Part shown: one piece after another, positions 48,740 to 59,240 of the stretch | Layout of the letters: each line of letters begins with the position of its first letter | How positions within the stretch are numbered: the stretch's first letter is position 1 | From: Candidatus Nanopelagicales bacterium | GTDB taxonomy: Bacteria > Actinomycetota > Actinomycetes > S36-B12 | Direction: 5' to 3' | Length of the DNA stretch: 64,000 bases | Assembly (NCBI GenBank): GCA_030827125.1 | Contig: JAURFD010000001.1 | Coordinates: forward strand, 19,258 to 83,257 | The notes under the pieces: model-generated | What the model was told of the DNA's origin: nothing | Seen by the model: only the letters and a program-made list of their open reading frames with translations | Database searches by the model: none | Position numbers and translations under genes: made by a program

Positions 48740-50104
48740 ATGAGTGACGCCGTGAAACCAGAGCCCGCCCTCCCGGCCGATATGACGTTCGGCACCGCAA
48801 CCGCGTCGTGGCAGGTGGAAGGAGATGTGGCGGGACGTGGCCACTGCATCTGGGATGACTTCGCGGCGACCCCCGGTGCCATCGTGGACGGCACTACGGG
48901 GGAGCCAGCGTGCGATCACCTCACGCGATTCGACGAGGATCTCGATCTGCTGACCTGGCTTGGCGTCGATGCCTACCGCATGTCCATCAGTTGGCCGCGG
49001 GTGCAGCCCACCGGCATGGGACCGGTGAGCGAAGCAGGGCTCGCGACGTACGACCGCATGATCGATGGTCTGCTCGAACGGGGGATCGATCCGGTGGTGA
49101 CGCTCTATCACTGGGATCTGCCCTCGGAGTTGCCCGGCTGGACCTCGCGGGAGACCGCCGAGCGTTTTGCCGACTACGCCGAGGCAGTCGGTGCGCGGCT
49201 CGGCGATCGAGTGAGTCACTGGGCCACCTTGAATGAGCCCTGGGTGTCCGCCTACCTCGGCTACGCCGCCGGTGTGCATGCCCCTGGACGCCGTGCGCCC
49301 GCCGAGGCATTGTCGGCCGCCTACCACCTCATGCTCGGTCACGGCCTCGCGCTCGAACGACTGCGGGCACAGGGGTTGATCAACCTGGGGATTGTGCTCA
49401 ACCTCATCCCGGTCTACGCCGACGATCCCGGCGCGCAGGCTGCGGCGACCCACATCGACGGCCTGCACAATCGGTTCTTCCTCGACCTACTTGCCGGTCG
49501 CGGTATCCCGGCCGACGTCGTGGCCGGGACGACCCAGTTCACCGACTGGTCGTTCGTTCAGGAGTCTGACCTGCCGATCATTGCGGCACCCATCGATTGG
49601 TTGGGCGAGAATTACTACACCGTCAATCGGGTCAGCAGTGTCGCGTCGGACGTAACGGCGGTCGGGCAGGATCTCGCGGCCTATCCGGGTAGCCCACCGG
49701 CGACCTTCGCACCGCGTGAGCCGGTGACAGCGATGGGTTGGGAGGTGTATCCCGAGGGGATCGTTGATGCGCTCCGGTTGGCTGCAACGGCGTTGCCCGG
49801 CGTGCCGCTGTGGATCGCGGAGAACGGCGCCGCGTACGCCGACGTCGTCAGTCCCGACGGTATCCACGACATCGACCGCGTTGACTACTACCGGCAGCAC
49901 GTGGCGCAGGTGCTGCGCGCTCGCGCCGAGGGCATCGACGTGCAGGGCTATCTCGCGTGGTCGCTGCTCGACAACATCGAGTGGGCCGAAGGGTTCACCA
50001 AGCGGTTCGGCATCGTGCGGGTCGAGCCGGGGACCTTGACGCGGACGCCGAAGGACAGTGCCCTGTGGTGGCGGGACCGATTGGCGACGCGCGTCAGCCC
50101 TTGA
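48740..50104 (+). CDS. GH1 beta-glucosidase
   Basis: TLYHWDLP, TLNEP, AENG, WSLLDNIEW. Confidence 0.92.
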   Translation: MSDAVKPEPALPADMTFGTATASWQVEGDVAGRGHCIWDDFAATPGAIVDGTTGEPACDHLTRFDEDLDLLTWLGVDAYRMSISWPRVQPTGMGPVSEAGLATYDRMIDGLLERGIDPVVTLYHWDLPSELPGWTSRETAERFADYAEAVGARLGDRVSHWATLNEPWVSAYLGYAAGVHAPGRRAPAEALSAAYHLMLGHGLALERLRAQGLINLGIVLNLIPVYADDPGAQAAATHIDGLHNRFFLDLLAGRGIPADVVAGTTQFTDWSFVQESDLPIIAAPIDWLGENYYTVNRVSSVASDVTAVGQDLAAYPGSPPATFAPREPVTAMGWEVYPEGIVDALRLAATALPGVPLWIAENGAAYADVVSPDGIHDIDRVDYYRQHVAQVLRARAEGIDVQGYLAWSLLDNIEWAEGFTKRFGIVRVEPGTLTRTPKDSALWWRDRLATRVSP

Positions 50105-51053
50105 CCGAGCCGGCGAGCAGGCCGCGCACGAAGAACCGCTGCAGTGCGAAGAACACGATCAGCGGAACCACGATGGCGATGAACGCTCCCGCGGTGATGA
50201 GGTGGGTCTTGGCGCCGTAGCTGCCCACGATATTGGCGAGGTACGCCGTGATGGGTGCCACATCGGGTGTGCCACCGGCGAAGGTCAGCGCCACGAGAAG
50301 GTCGTTCCACACCCAGAGGAACTGGAAGATCGCGAACGAGGCGATCGCGGGCACCGAGAGTGGCAACACGATCTTGCGGAAGATCATGAAGTGGCTCGCG
50401 CCATCAACGACCGCGGCTTCCATGAGGTCTCGAGGCAACTGCGCCATGAAGTTGTGCAGCAGGAAGACGGCGAGCGGGAGCGCGAACATCGTGTGCGCCA
50501 CCCACAGCGGGATGTAGGTGCCGCCGAGGTTGAGGTCGGGGATGATCGGCACCGGCCCGATGCTCCAGCCCAGGTTGAACAACTGGAGCAGGGGCAGCAG
50601 GGCCATCTGCAGCGGCACGATCTGCAGGGCGAAGATCATGAAGAACAGCACGGTGGCTCCCTTGAAGGGGATCCAGGCGAGGGCGTAGGCGCACATGGTG
50701 GCGATGACGAGCGGGAAGATCGCGGCCGGGATCGCGATGGCAAAGGAGTTGAAGAAGTAGGGGAGGATGCCGCCGGACACGATCTCGCCACCGCCGAGCA
50801 CCTCCGCGTAGTTCTGGAGAGTGAGCTCTGGATCGGTGAAGACGGTCCACCAGCCAGAGTTGGTGGCCGGTCCCGAAGGCCGCAGCGAGGTGACCAGTAG
50901 CCCGAAGGTGGGGATCGTCCACAACACGGTGATGACGATGACCACGGCAGAGGCCCAGGGGCTGCTCAGGGTGCGGCGCGCGGTGCCGCCAATGGTGACG
51001 TCGTCCTTGGGTGGTTGCGGAATCGGGATGATCTCATGTGCTTCGACGCTCAT
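50094..51053 (-). CDS. Carbohydrate ABC transporter permease
   Basis: EAAVVDGA EAA loop, FLWVWNDLL. Confidence 0.9.
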   Translation of the reverse strand: MSVEAHEIIPIPQPPKDDVTIGGTARRTLSSPWASAVVIVITVLWTIPTFGLLVTSLRPSGPATNSGWWTVFTDPELTLQNYAEVLGGGEIVSGGILPYFFNSFAIAIPAAIFPLVIATMCAYALAWIPFKGATVLFFMIFALQIVPLQMALLPLLQLFNLGWSIGPVPIIPDLNLGGTYIPLWVAHTMFALPLAVFLLHNFMAQLPRDLMEAAVVDGASHFMIFRKIVLPLSVPAIASFAIFQFLWVWNDLLVALTFAGGTPDVAPITAYLANIVGSYGAKTHLITAGAFIAIVVPLIVFFALQRFFVRGLLAGSVKG

Positions 51054-52033
51054 CGGACCGCACGCTCCTTCCGCAGTTGCACAATGTTGTAGGAGACGAT
51101 CGGGATAACGCCGAGGAACAGGATGACGGCGAGCGCGGATCCGCGCCCGACGTCAAATTGAACGAAGGCCTGGCTGTACATCTCGTTAGCGACGATCTGT
51201 GTGCCGAAGTTGCCGTTGGTCATGACGCGCACGATGTCGAAGATCTTGAGGGTGGCGATGAGAATGGTGGTGAACACGACGATCAACGTCGTGCGCACCA
51301 TGGGGACAGTGACCCGGCTGAAGAGGCGCCAGCCGCGGGCGCCATCGAGTGTCGCCGCTTCGATGACGTCGTGCGGAATAGCCTTAATGGCCGCGGAAAG
51401 CACGACCATGGCGAAGCCGGTCTGGATCCAGATCATGATGACCATGAGCAGGAAGTTGTTCCACGGCTGCAGCAGCAGCCAATTCGGCGGCTCCATGCCG
51501 AGCCACAGGACCACTTGGCTCAACAGGCCCACCTGCTCCTGGGAGGGATCCCGGTAGGCGTAGACGAGTCCCCAGATGATGCTGGCGCCGACGAAGGAGA
51601 TCGCCATCGGCATGAAGATGAGGGACTTGGGGATGGACTCACGCTTCATCTTGTCCAGGAGCAGGGCGAGGAGCAGACCTACGCCGGTGGAGAAGATGGG
51701 CGCGACGATGATCCAGAGCGCCGTGTTGATGAGGACTTTTTGATTGTTCTCGGTGGTGAAGATCCAGCCGTAGTTCGCCAGTCCGATGAACTTCTGCCCA
51801 CTGGCGTTGTAGAAGCTCTTGGAGATTGTCTGAATGGTCGGGACGACCAGGCCGATGATCAGGAGCAGGATTGCGGGCCCGAGGAACATGATGCCGGCGA
51901 GCGGATTGGCGAATTTGCCGCGGATTCGGCCAAGGACGAAGAAGAGGATGAGGAGGATCCCGAGGAACGCGGCAACAGCCGCGAGGGCAATGCCGATTTT
52001 CGGTAGTCCCGCGATGATGTTGTCCCAGATCAT
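51050..52033 (-). CDS. Carbohydrate ABC transporter permease
   Basis: PMAISFVGASIIW, EAATLDGA. Confidence 0.9.
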   Translation of the reverse strand: MIWDNIIAGLPKIGIALAAVAAFLGILLILFFVLGRIRGKFANPLAGIMFLGPAILLLIIGLVVPTIQTISKSFYNASGQKFIGLANYGWIFTTENNQKVLINTALWIIVAPIFSTGVGLLLALLLDKMKRESIPKSLIFMPMAISFVGASIIWGLVYAYRDPSQEQVGLLSQVVLWLGMEPPNWLLLQPWNNFLLMVIMIWIQTGFAMVVLSAAIKAIPHDVIEAATLDGARGWRLFSRVTVPMVRTTLIVVFTTILIATLKIFDIVRVMTNGNFGTQIVANEMYSQAFVQFDVGRGSALAVILFLGVIPIVSYNIVQLRKERAVR

Positions 52034-52067
52034 CGATACCTCTCGTCGCTTGAAACTGTCACCAGAC

Positions 52068-52114
52068 ACGAATCGGGGCCCGAGGTGTGTCTACACCGTC
52101 GGGCCCCGATTCGT
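52068..52114. other. Intercistronic hairpin after the solute-binding protein gene (mRNA stabiliser or partial terminator)
   Basis: ACGAATCGGGGCCCGA / TCGGGCCCCGATTCGT 16-bp perfect arms. Confidence 0.75.
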
Positions 52115-52152
52115 CAGTCGTCTGACCTAACTGCTAATCGGTTGCGAAGTGA

Positions 52153-53574
52153 CTACTCGGCCGGCCAGCAAGCGTCGATCGCCTTGAGGACGTCAGCCGT
52201 CGGCTTGTCCTCGGCGAACCACGCCGTCATCTCGGTCCACTCGCAGCCTGCGCCGACAGCGGCCGGCATCAGATCGGAGGCGTCAAACCGGAAGGTGCCC
52301 TGCGGATCAGTGAGGTACTGAGCCGACAGCTGATCAATCGAGCCGGGGGTGTAAGCGTCCAGCGGCACACCGGAGTTCGCCGACACCCAAGTGCCGAGTT
52401 TGACCTTGTTGGTCGCGAACGTCGGCGAGGCCAGGAAAGTCTGCGCCGCAGCAACCTCGGGACGATCGGAGAACGCGGTGACGAACTCGCCACCACCGAC
52501 GACGGGGTTCGGCACATCGGCGTTCATCGCTGGCAGGTAGAACGCGTAGGCGTCGCCGTCCTCAGCCACGGTCGCGTCCGGGTTGAATTCCTTCCAGAAG
52601 TTCGCGTAGAAGGAGGCCTGCTGCAGCATGCCGCACTCACCCTTGAGGATCGGCTCACCGGCCTGCTGGAAGCCGGTCGTCGCGATCGTCTGGACGTTGC
52701 CGAAGCCGCCATTGACGTAATCGGGGTTCTTCATCCAGCCCGCGAGCACGTCCATGGCCGCGGTGACCTCGGGGGAGTCGAACGGAATCGTGTGGTTGAC
52801 CCACTGGTCGTAGACGTCGCCGCCATACATGCGCAGCATGATCTGCTCCAGCCAGTCAGTGGCCGGCCAGCCAGTGGCGCCACCGGACTCGATGCCACCG
52901 CACCAAGGCTTCACGCCATCGGCGACCATCTGATCGGACAGGGACCACAACTCATCCCAGGTGGTCGGGACGGTGTAGCCCTTCTCCGCGAAGACCTTGG
53001 GCGAGTACCACACGAACGACTTCATGTTCGAGCCGAGCGGAGCGGCGTAGAAGGTGCCATCGACGGTGCCGTAGGCCTTCCAAGCCGGGTTCCAGTACTC
53101 GTCAACGAGTGAGCCCACCGACGCGGGAGCGGCGATTGGGCCGCCGGTCTCGACGAGCTTGGCCAGCAGGCCGGGCTGTGGGATGAAGGCGATGTCAGGG
53201 GCGTTACCACCGGCGATGCGGGTGGGCAGTTGCGCCTCGAACTGATCGGAGCCCTCGTACACGATGTCGATGCCCGTGCAGGACTCGAACTGAGCCCAGG
53301 ACTCCTCAAATAGGCCCTGCTCGGGCGGCAGGATGGAGGTGAAGATGGTGACGGATGCTCCGTCGAAGGTGCCGTAGTCGGCGTACTCCTCGCAGCCGGC
53401 CGCGGGTGCGTCGCCGGAACTCGAGCTCTCCGAGGACGACGCCGACGAGTTGTCGGGGGCCGCGGACGATGAATCGCCGGAGGTGTCCGAGCCACCGCAG
53501 GCGGCGAGCAGGAGTGCTGCTGCGCTCGCGCCGACGATGAGGGCGACCCCACGACGGCGATTGGGTGATGACAT
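52153..53574 (-). CDS. Sugar ABC solute-binding lipoprotein (alpha-glucoside AglE-like)
   Basis: Lipobox LAAC, PQPG, ESGGATGWPATDW, FRFDASDLMP. Confidence 0.88.
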   Translation of the reverse strand: MSSPNRRRGVALIVGASAAALLLAACGGSDTSGDSSSAAPDNSSASSSESSSSGDAPAAGCEEYADYGTFDGASVTIFTSILPPEQGLFEESWAQFESCTGIDIVYEGSDQFEAQLPTRIAGGNAPDIAFIPQPGLLAKLVETGGPIAAPASVGSLVDEYWNPAWKAYGTVDGTFYAAPLGSNMKSFVWYSPKVFAEKGYTVPTTWDELWSLSDQMVADGVKPWCGGIESGGATGWPATDWLEQIMLRMYGGDVYDQWVNHTIPFDSPEVTAAMDVLAGWMKNPDYVNGGFGNVQTIATTGFQQAGEPILKGECGMLQQASFYANFWKEFNPDATVAEDGDAYAFYLPAMNADVPNPVVGGGEFVTAFSDRPEVAAAQTFLASPTFATNKVKLGTWVSANSGVPLDAYTPGSIDQLSAQYLTDPQGTFRFDASDLMPAAVGAGCEWTEMTAWFAEDKPTADVLKAIDACWPAE

Positions 53575-53614
53575 GCCGTCTCCTTGTCATTGATGTGCCC
53601 GGGAGTTCATGGGC

Positions 53615-53753
53615 TGAAAACGTGTCCATCCTTTCTCGCCGGTAGCGGGCTCGCAAGGCCCATGAGGCGTGGCTGACGGTAACGAAACCGCAACGTTTTT
53701 ATGGGGAGGTGCACTCTCACGAGTGTTTCGCAAACACCATGAAAACGTTTCCG
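53615..53753. promoter_or_regulatory. Two LacI-family operator-like boxes upstream of the ABC operon
   Basis: TGAAAACGTGTCCA (53615-53628) and TGAAAACGTTTCCG (53740-53753). Confidence 0.65.
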
Positions 53754-53871
53754 CGATTCGCGTCCGATCTGCACCTTTGGCCGTTTTCGCCATGGTCCCC
53801 TGTGAGGGGACATCGGTCTGGCGATCGGCGGACAGCGGCGCCAGCGTTCCTCGTCCTTCTCGAACCAGGTC

Positions 53872-55491
53872 CTACGTCTGGAACCAGGCGGTGGTGTCGG
53901 GAGGGATGGACCCGTCCGCGAGCAGCGGTGCCGAACTCAACAGCACCATGCCATCCGGAGCCGGGATGGGCCCGGCCGAACAATTGCTCACGCAGACGAA
54001 GCCGGCTCCACGCTCAAGCACGATGACGTCATCGCGGTCCGTGGTGATGCGCCACGGCGCGTCCCCCGCCAAGCCCGGGTGGGTGCGCCGCAGGAGGATA
54101 GACGCGCGGTAGAGCGCCAGAGTGCTCGCGGGGTCGTCCTGCTGAGCCGCGACGGTGAGTCCACCCCAACCATCCGGCTGCGGCAACCACGTGTGCTGAC
54201 CGCCGAAGCCGTATGGTGGCGCGTCTCCCGACCACGGTAGGGGTGCCCGAGCGCCGTCGCGACCGAGTTGTTCGCCCTTGGATCGGAAGAACACCGGATC
54301 CTCGCGGCGTTCATTGGGGATCTCGGCATCCTGCAGGCCCAACTCCTCGCCCTGGAATATGTAGAGGCTGCCGGGCAGTGCATGGGCGAGCATCGCGAGG
54401 GCGCGCGCCCGTCGCACCCCGACGTCGCCACCTCCGAGCCGAGTCGCCACGCGGGCGGTGTCGTGGTTGTTCAGCGCCCAGGTCACCGGCGCGGGCGCGA
54501 GACCGTCGATCGTGGAGGTGATGACGCGCGCGAGTGCGCCAGCGTCCCAGGGCGCCATGAGGAAGTCGAAGTTGAAGATCTGGTGCAGCGTGTCGCCTGC
54601 GACGTAGCGCCGCGCTCGCGCCGGCGGGAGCCAGGCTTCGGCAACAGCCATCCGATCGCCCTCGTAGGAATCGAGGATCGCGCGCCAGCCGCGGTAGATG
54701 TCCTGTACCTCGTCGCGATCCATGTACGGCGAGCCAGCGACGAGGTCACGGCGCCGCTGTGATTCCTCGCTTCCGGTGTCCAGGTCGAGGCGCACTCCTT
54801 CGACCAGACCCACGGGATCGGGGACGTCGGGGTAGGTCATGTCCTTGGCGAGGCCGAAGGCGACGTCGACGCGGAAGCCGTCCACACCCATGTCCAGCCA
54901 GAAGCGAAGCGTCGTGTGGAAGTCCTCGACGACGTCGGGGTTCGTCCAATTCAGGTCGGCCTGCGACGAATCGAACATGTTCATGTACCACTGACCGGGG
55001 AGTCCGTCTGCTTCTGTCACTCGCGTCCAGGATGGGCCGGTGAACAGGCTGGCCCAGTTGTTCGGTGGCTCATCCCCGTTGGGTCCGCGACCCTCACGGA
55101 AGTGGAAGCGGGCGCGTTCGGGTGACCCGGGTGGAGATGCAAGGGCTTCCTGGAACCATTCATGAGCAGTCGAGAAGTGGTTGGGGACGAGGTCGACAAT
55201 CACGCGCAACCCACGCGCATGCGCTTCGTTGATCATGCGCTGCGCGTCCTCCAGGGTCCCGAAGCGAGGATCAACGGCGCGTGGATCGCTCACGTCGTAC
55301 CCGGCGTCGAGTTGGGGTGAGGGGTAGAAGGGCGAGAGCCAGATGGCATCGACGCCGAGGGAGGCCAGGTAGGGCAATCGCGAGATCACGCCGGCCAGAT
55401 CGCCCTCGCCATCCCCCGACTCGTCAGCGAAGGAGCGCGGATAGACCTGGTAGACCACCGCGTCGCGCCACCACGGCTCGGATGTCGTCAT
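53872..55491 (-). CDS. GH13 alpha-glucosidase
   Basis: YQVYPRSFAD, DAGYDV, DLVPNH, GFRVDVA, AEAW, NNHD, RDGARAPLPW. Confidence 0.92.
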   Translation of the reverse strand: MTTSEPWWRDAVVYQVYPRSFADESGDGEGDLAGVISRLPYLASLGVDAIWLSPFYPSPQLDAGYDVSDPRAVDPRFGTLEDAQRMINEAHARGLRVIVDLVPNHFSTAHEWFQEALASPPGSPERARFHFREGRGPNGDEPPNNWASLFTGPSWTRVTEADGLPGQWYMNMFDSSQADLNWTNPDVVEDFHTTLRFWLDMGVDGFRVDVAFGLAKDMTYPDVPDPVGLVEGVRLDLDTGSEESQRRRDLVAGSPYMDRDEVQDIYRGWRAILDSYEGDRMAVAEAWLPPARARRYVAGDTLHQIFNFDFLMAPWDAGALARVITSTIDGLAPAPVTWALNNHDTARVATRLGGGDVGVRRARALAMLAHALPGSLYIFQGEELGLQDAEIPNERREDPVFFRSKGEQLGRDGARAPLPWSGDAPPYGFGGQHTWLPQPDGWGGLTVAAQQDDPASTLALYRASILLRRTHPGLAGDAPWRITTDRDDVIVLERGAGFVCVSNCSAGPIPAPDGMVLLSSAPLLADGSIPPDTTAWFQT

Positions 55492-55656
55492 GGCTCCAGA
55501 CTAGGGCGCCCCGGTGTGCGCCTTGTGCATCCGGGCGCGCCTTGCCGAGGGGCCCGTGACAGACTCTTTCCTTGCGTGGAAGCCGCCGCCCGTCCGTCTG
55601 TGGAAGGGTCCGTCCTTCCGTGCAAGCAAGGCGCACGAAGCGCCGGGAAGGGACCC

Positions 55657-56691
55657 ATGACGCAGCCGCAGGCCCGCAACGCCACCTTTCGGTTCGGGGA
55701 TACCGCCATCCTCTCGGTTGAGCAGGTCGAAGCTCCCGAGGTCGTGACGTCTGCGTGGATCGATGAGCAACTCGCCGACACCTATGCGCGCCTGGATGTG
55801 CGGCCCGGCCTCCTTGAAGGACTCGCCGGGATCAAGGAACGTCGTTGGTGGCCCGAGGGCGTGTCGTTTGCCGACGCCGCCGCGATGGCTGGCCGCAAGG
55901 CACTGGACGCCGCTGGAGTTGAGCCGGGAGCCATTGGGCTCCTCATCGACACCGCCGTGTCGAGGGCCCATCTCGAACCCTCCGCGGCCGTCGACGTGCA
56001 CCACCAACTCGGCTTGCCACCGCACTGCATCAACTTCGATCTGTCCAACGCGTGTCTTGGCTTCGTCAACGGCATGCACCTCGCGGGCATGATGATCGAC
56101 TCGGGACAGATCGACTACGCGCTCATCGTCGACGGCGAGGGGTCCCGCGAATTGCAGGAGCGCACGATCGCGCGACTGCAGGGGCCGGACTCCGTCGCAG
56201 CGGACATCTTCGAAGATTTCGCGTCGCTCACCCTGGGTTCGGGTGGAGCCGCCATGGTTCTTGGTCGCGCGTCCACACATCCCGAGGGCCACCGCCTGGT
56301 CGGTGGTGCTTCCCGGGCCGCGACCGAGCACCACCGCATCTGCGTCGGCGACATGAACCGCATGGTCACCGACTCCCGGGCACTGTTGGAGGCGGGACTA
56401 CAACTGTCTGGAGAGTTGTGGAAGGAAGCGGCGGAGGATTTCGACTGGGCGGACCTGGACTGCTACGTCATCCACCAGGTGTCGAACGTCCACACCCAGG
56501 CCGTCTGCGCGGCTCTCGGCATTGACTCGAACCGCGTCCCGCTCACCTTCCCGATGTTCGGCAACATCGGACCTGCGTCGATCCCGGTGACGCTCGCTCT
56601 CCAAACCCAGGACTTGGTCCCCGGTCAGCGCATCGGCTGCCTCGGTATCGGCTCCGGTCTGAACGCCAGCGTCATCGAGATCGTCTGGTAG
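55657..56691 (+). CDS. oleA: OleA, head-to-head condensing thiolase-fold enzyme
   Basis: LEPS, NACLGF, TLGSG, HQVS, GNIGPAS, GIGSGLN; first gene of an ole-type operon. Confidence 0.85.
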   Translation: MTQPQARNATFRFGDTAILSVEQVEAPEVVTSAWIDEQLADTYARLDVRPGLLEGLAGIKERRWWPEGVSFADAAAMAGRKALDAAGVEPGAIGLLIDTAVSRAHLEPSAAVDVHHQLGLPPHCINFDLSNACLGFVNGMHLAGMMIDSGQIDYALIVDGEGSRELQERTIARLQGPDSVAADIFEDFASLTLGSGGAAMVLGRASTHPEGHRLVGGASRAATEHHRICVGDMNRMVTDSRALLEAGLQLSGELWKEAAEDFDWADLDCYVIHQVSNVHTQAVCAALGIDSNRVPLTFPMFGNIGPASIPVTLALQTQDLVPGQRIGCLGIGSGLNASVIEIVW

Positions 56692-59240
56692 TGGCGATGA
56701 CGGCTGCGCACCTGCCGCCCGCCCTCCCCGGACTTCGCCCCGAATGGTCGCGGCTCGTCGACCTGCCGGGACGCGGCACGATGCACGTCCTCGAACGACC
56801 CGCGCAGGGCGATCCCGAGATCACTGTGCTTGCCGTTCACGGCAATCCCACCTGGTCCTACCTGTGGCGCGCTCTCCTCGAGAACGCACCCGCCACGTGG
56901 CGGGTCATTGCGGTCGACCAGTTGGGCATGGGCTACTCCTCCCGGGGCGAGACGCGACGGCTCGCCGATCGGGTGGACGATCTGGGCGCACTCACGGAGG
57001 CGCTCAGTGTCGGCGGCCCGGTGGTGACGGTGGCGCACGACTGGGGTGGACCGGTCTCCCTCGGGTGGGTGCTCGACCATCGAGAACTCGTGGTGGGTGT
57101 GGTGCTCACGAACACTGCGGTGCATCAGCCCGAAGGGGCGCGCACCCCGGGGTTGATCCGGTTGGCGCGTTCACGGGCACTGCTGCCCTGGGTCACTCGC
57201 GGGAGTCGTGCCTTCGTTCGTGGCACCACAGCGCTGTCGCGACAGTTGCCGCGCGAGGTCATCGACGCGTACGGCGCTCCGTATGCCACGGCGGAGCAAC
57301 GCGGAGCCGTCATGGACTTCGTCGCTGACATCCCCCTCGAAGCCACCCACCCCAGCGCACCCACCCTCGACGCCATCGCCGAAGGTGTGACGCACTTCGA
57401 TGATCTGCCGGTGTTCTTGGCGTGGGGTTCCGACGACCCGGTGTTTTCTGATCGGTACCTACGCGATCTCGTTGCTCGGATGCCGCACGCCGACGTACAT
57501 CGCTACGAGGGAGCACGGCACCTTGTTACTGAAGACGACGCACGCTGCATCCCGGACATCATCACGTGGATCCAACGACTCCGTGATGGTCGGCGGCCGG
57601 TGCCGGCGTCGATCGGAGTTGACCTCCCGGACATGAATTCCGGTCTGCGGCAGCGAACGCACGACACCGGTGTGGCGATCGCGGACATGCGCTCGGAACT
57701 GCGGGTGAGTTGGGAGCGGCTTGCGACGCGCACCGAGGAGATCGCGTCCGGTCTGGTGGCGTGGGGGGTGCGTCCAGGGGACCGCATCGCCCTCCTGGTG
57801 ACGCCGGGTCCGGACCTCATCGCGTCGGTCTACGCGGCGTGGCGTATCGGTGCCGTCGTCGTCGTGGCTGACTCGGGTTTGGGTTTGCGTGGCATGCGCC
57901 GTGCATTGCGATCCGCCGAGCCGACTCACGTCATCGGTATCCCGGCCGGGCTCGGACTCGCTCGCACGTTGGAGATTCCGGGGCGGCGGTTCTTGGTCGG
58001 TCGACCGGGTGCGGCCGCACGTCTCCTCGGCGCCGATGCCACCTTGTCCGAGGTCGCGCGTCGCGGACGCGAGGAGTCCGGTGTCGTACCGACCACGGCG
58101 CAGTCCGACCCGGATGCGGATGCCCTTGTCGCGTTCACCTCCGGTGCCACAGGGCCGGCCAAGGGCGTCGTCTACACCGAGGGTCGACTGCGGGCCTTGC
58201 GTGAGGCCTTGCGCGATGCTTACTCAATCACTGAGTCCGACGCGCTCGTGGCCGCCTTCGCGCCGTGGGCTGTGCTCGGTCCCGCGCTGGGGATTCCCTC
58301 CGCCATTCCCGATATGGACCTCACCGATGCCTCGACGTTGACGTCGGCATCCTTCGCGGACGCAACGGCGGCGGTGGCCGGAACCCTCATGTGGGTTTCA
58401 CCGACCGGGCTGCGCGGAATTGTGTCCACGGCGGACTTCCTGACGTCGCCCCAGCGGTCTGCACTGCAGACCCTCCGCGAGATCCTCGTCGCGGGTGCGC
58501 CCGTGCCGGTGGAACTGCTCCAGCGCATGTCGGACATGGTTCCGGGTGCTCGCTGCAGTACGCCGTACGGCATGACGGAGGCACTCCCGCTCACTGAGAC
58601 CGACCTCGGTGAACTCGCCAGCGCCGAAGGCTCCGGGGTGTTGGTGGGTCGTCCACTCGACGGGGTGTCCATCGCCATCGCCCCGCTCGATTCCATGGGT
58701 GCCTCGGCTGATGACGCCACGGAGGAGGCGGACGTCACCGGCGAGATCATTGTGCGAGCGCCGTGGATGAGAGACCGCTATGACCGGCGTTGGGGCGTCC
58801 AGGACCGGGCCGACACCCCGCGCGGCTGGCATCGCACGGGGGATGTGGGCCACCTCGACCGAGACGGACGGTTGTGGGTGGAAGGTCGATTGGCCCACGT
58901 GGTCACGACGGCTGACGGTCCCGTGACACCGGTGGCGGTCGAACTCGCGGCCCAGCGTCGCGCCGGTGCGGACCTCGCGGCCTGTGTCGGCATAGGGCCC
59001 GTAGGGGCGCAGGCGGTGGCCGTCGCTGTCCAACTGCCCGGTCCGTCAATGGCCATTGCTGACGTCGAACTGTCCATGCGGGTCCGTGACGCGGTACGCG
59101 CGGCTACGGGAGTGGAGGTGGCCGCTGTCCTCACCATGCGCGAGATTCCCGTGGATGTGCGCCATCGGTCCAAGGTAAATCGCACGGCCGTCGCCGAGGA
59201 GGCTGCCGCGTTGTTATCCGGTGACGGAGACGATGACTGA
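56691..59240 (+). CDS. oleBC: OleBC fusion (beta-lactone decarboxylase plus beta-lactone synthetase)
   Basis: HGNPTWS and HDWGG (HLD-like hydrolase), then FTSGATGPAKG, YGMTE, HRTGDVG (ANL ligase). Confidence 0.85.
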   Translation: MAMTAAHLPPALPGLRPEWSRLVDLPGRGTMHVLERPAQGDPEITVLAVHGNPTWSYLWRALLENAPATWRVIAVDQLGMGYSSRGETRRLADRVDDLGALTEALSVGGPVVTVAHDWGGPVSLGWVLDHRELVVGVVLTNTAVHQPEGARTPGLIRLARSRALLPWVTRGSRAFVRGTTALSRQLPREVIDAYGAPYATAEQRGAVMDFVADIPLEATHPSAPTLDAIAEGVTHFDDLPVFLAWGSDDPVFSDRYLRDLVARMPHADVHRYEGARHLVTEDDARCIPDIITWIQRLRDGRRPVPASIGVDLPDMNSGLRQRTHDTGVAIADMRSELRVSWERLATRTEEIASGLVAWGVRPGDRIALLVTPGPDLIASVYAAWRIGAVVVVADSGLGLRGMRRALRSAEPTHVIGIPAGLGLARTLEIPGRRFLVGRPGAAARLLGADATLSEVARRGREESGVVPTTAQSDPDADALVAFTSGATGPAKGVVYTEGRLRALREALRDAYSITESDALVAAFAPWAVLGPALGIPSAIPDMDLTDASTLTSASFADATAAVAGTLMWVSPTGLRGIVSTADFLTSPQRSALQTLREILVAGAPVPVELLQRMSDMVPGARCSTPYGMTEALPLTETDLGELASAEGSGVLVGRPLDGVSIAIAPLDSMGASADDATEEADVTGEIIVRAPWMRDRYDRRWGVQDRADTPRGWHRTGDVGHLDRDGRLWVEGRLAHVVTTADGPVTPVAVELAAQRRAGADLAACVGIGPVGAQAVAVAVQLPGPSMAIADVELSMRVRDAVRAATGVEVAAVLTMREIPVDVRHRSKVNRTAVAEEAAALLSGDGDDD

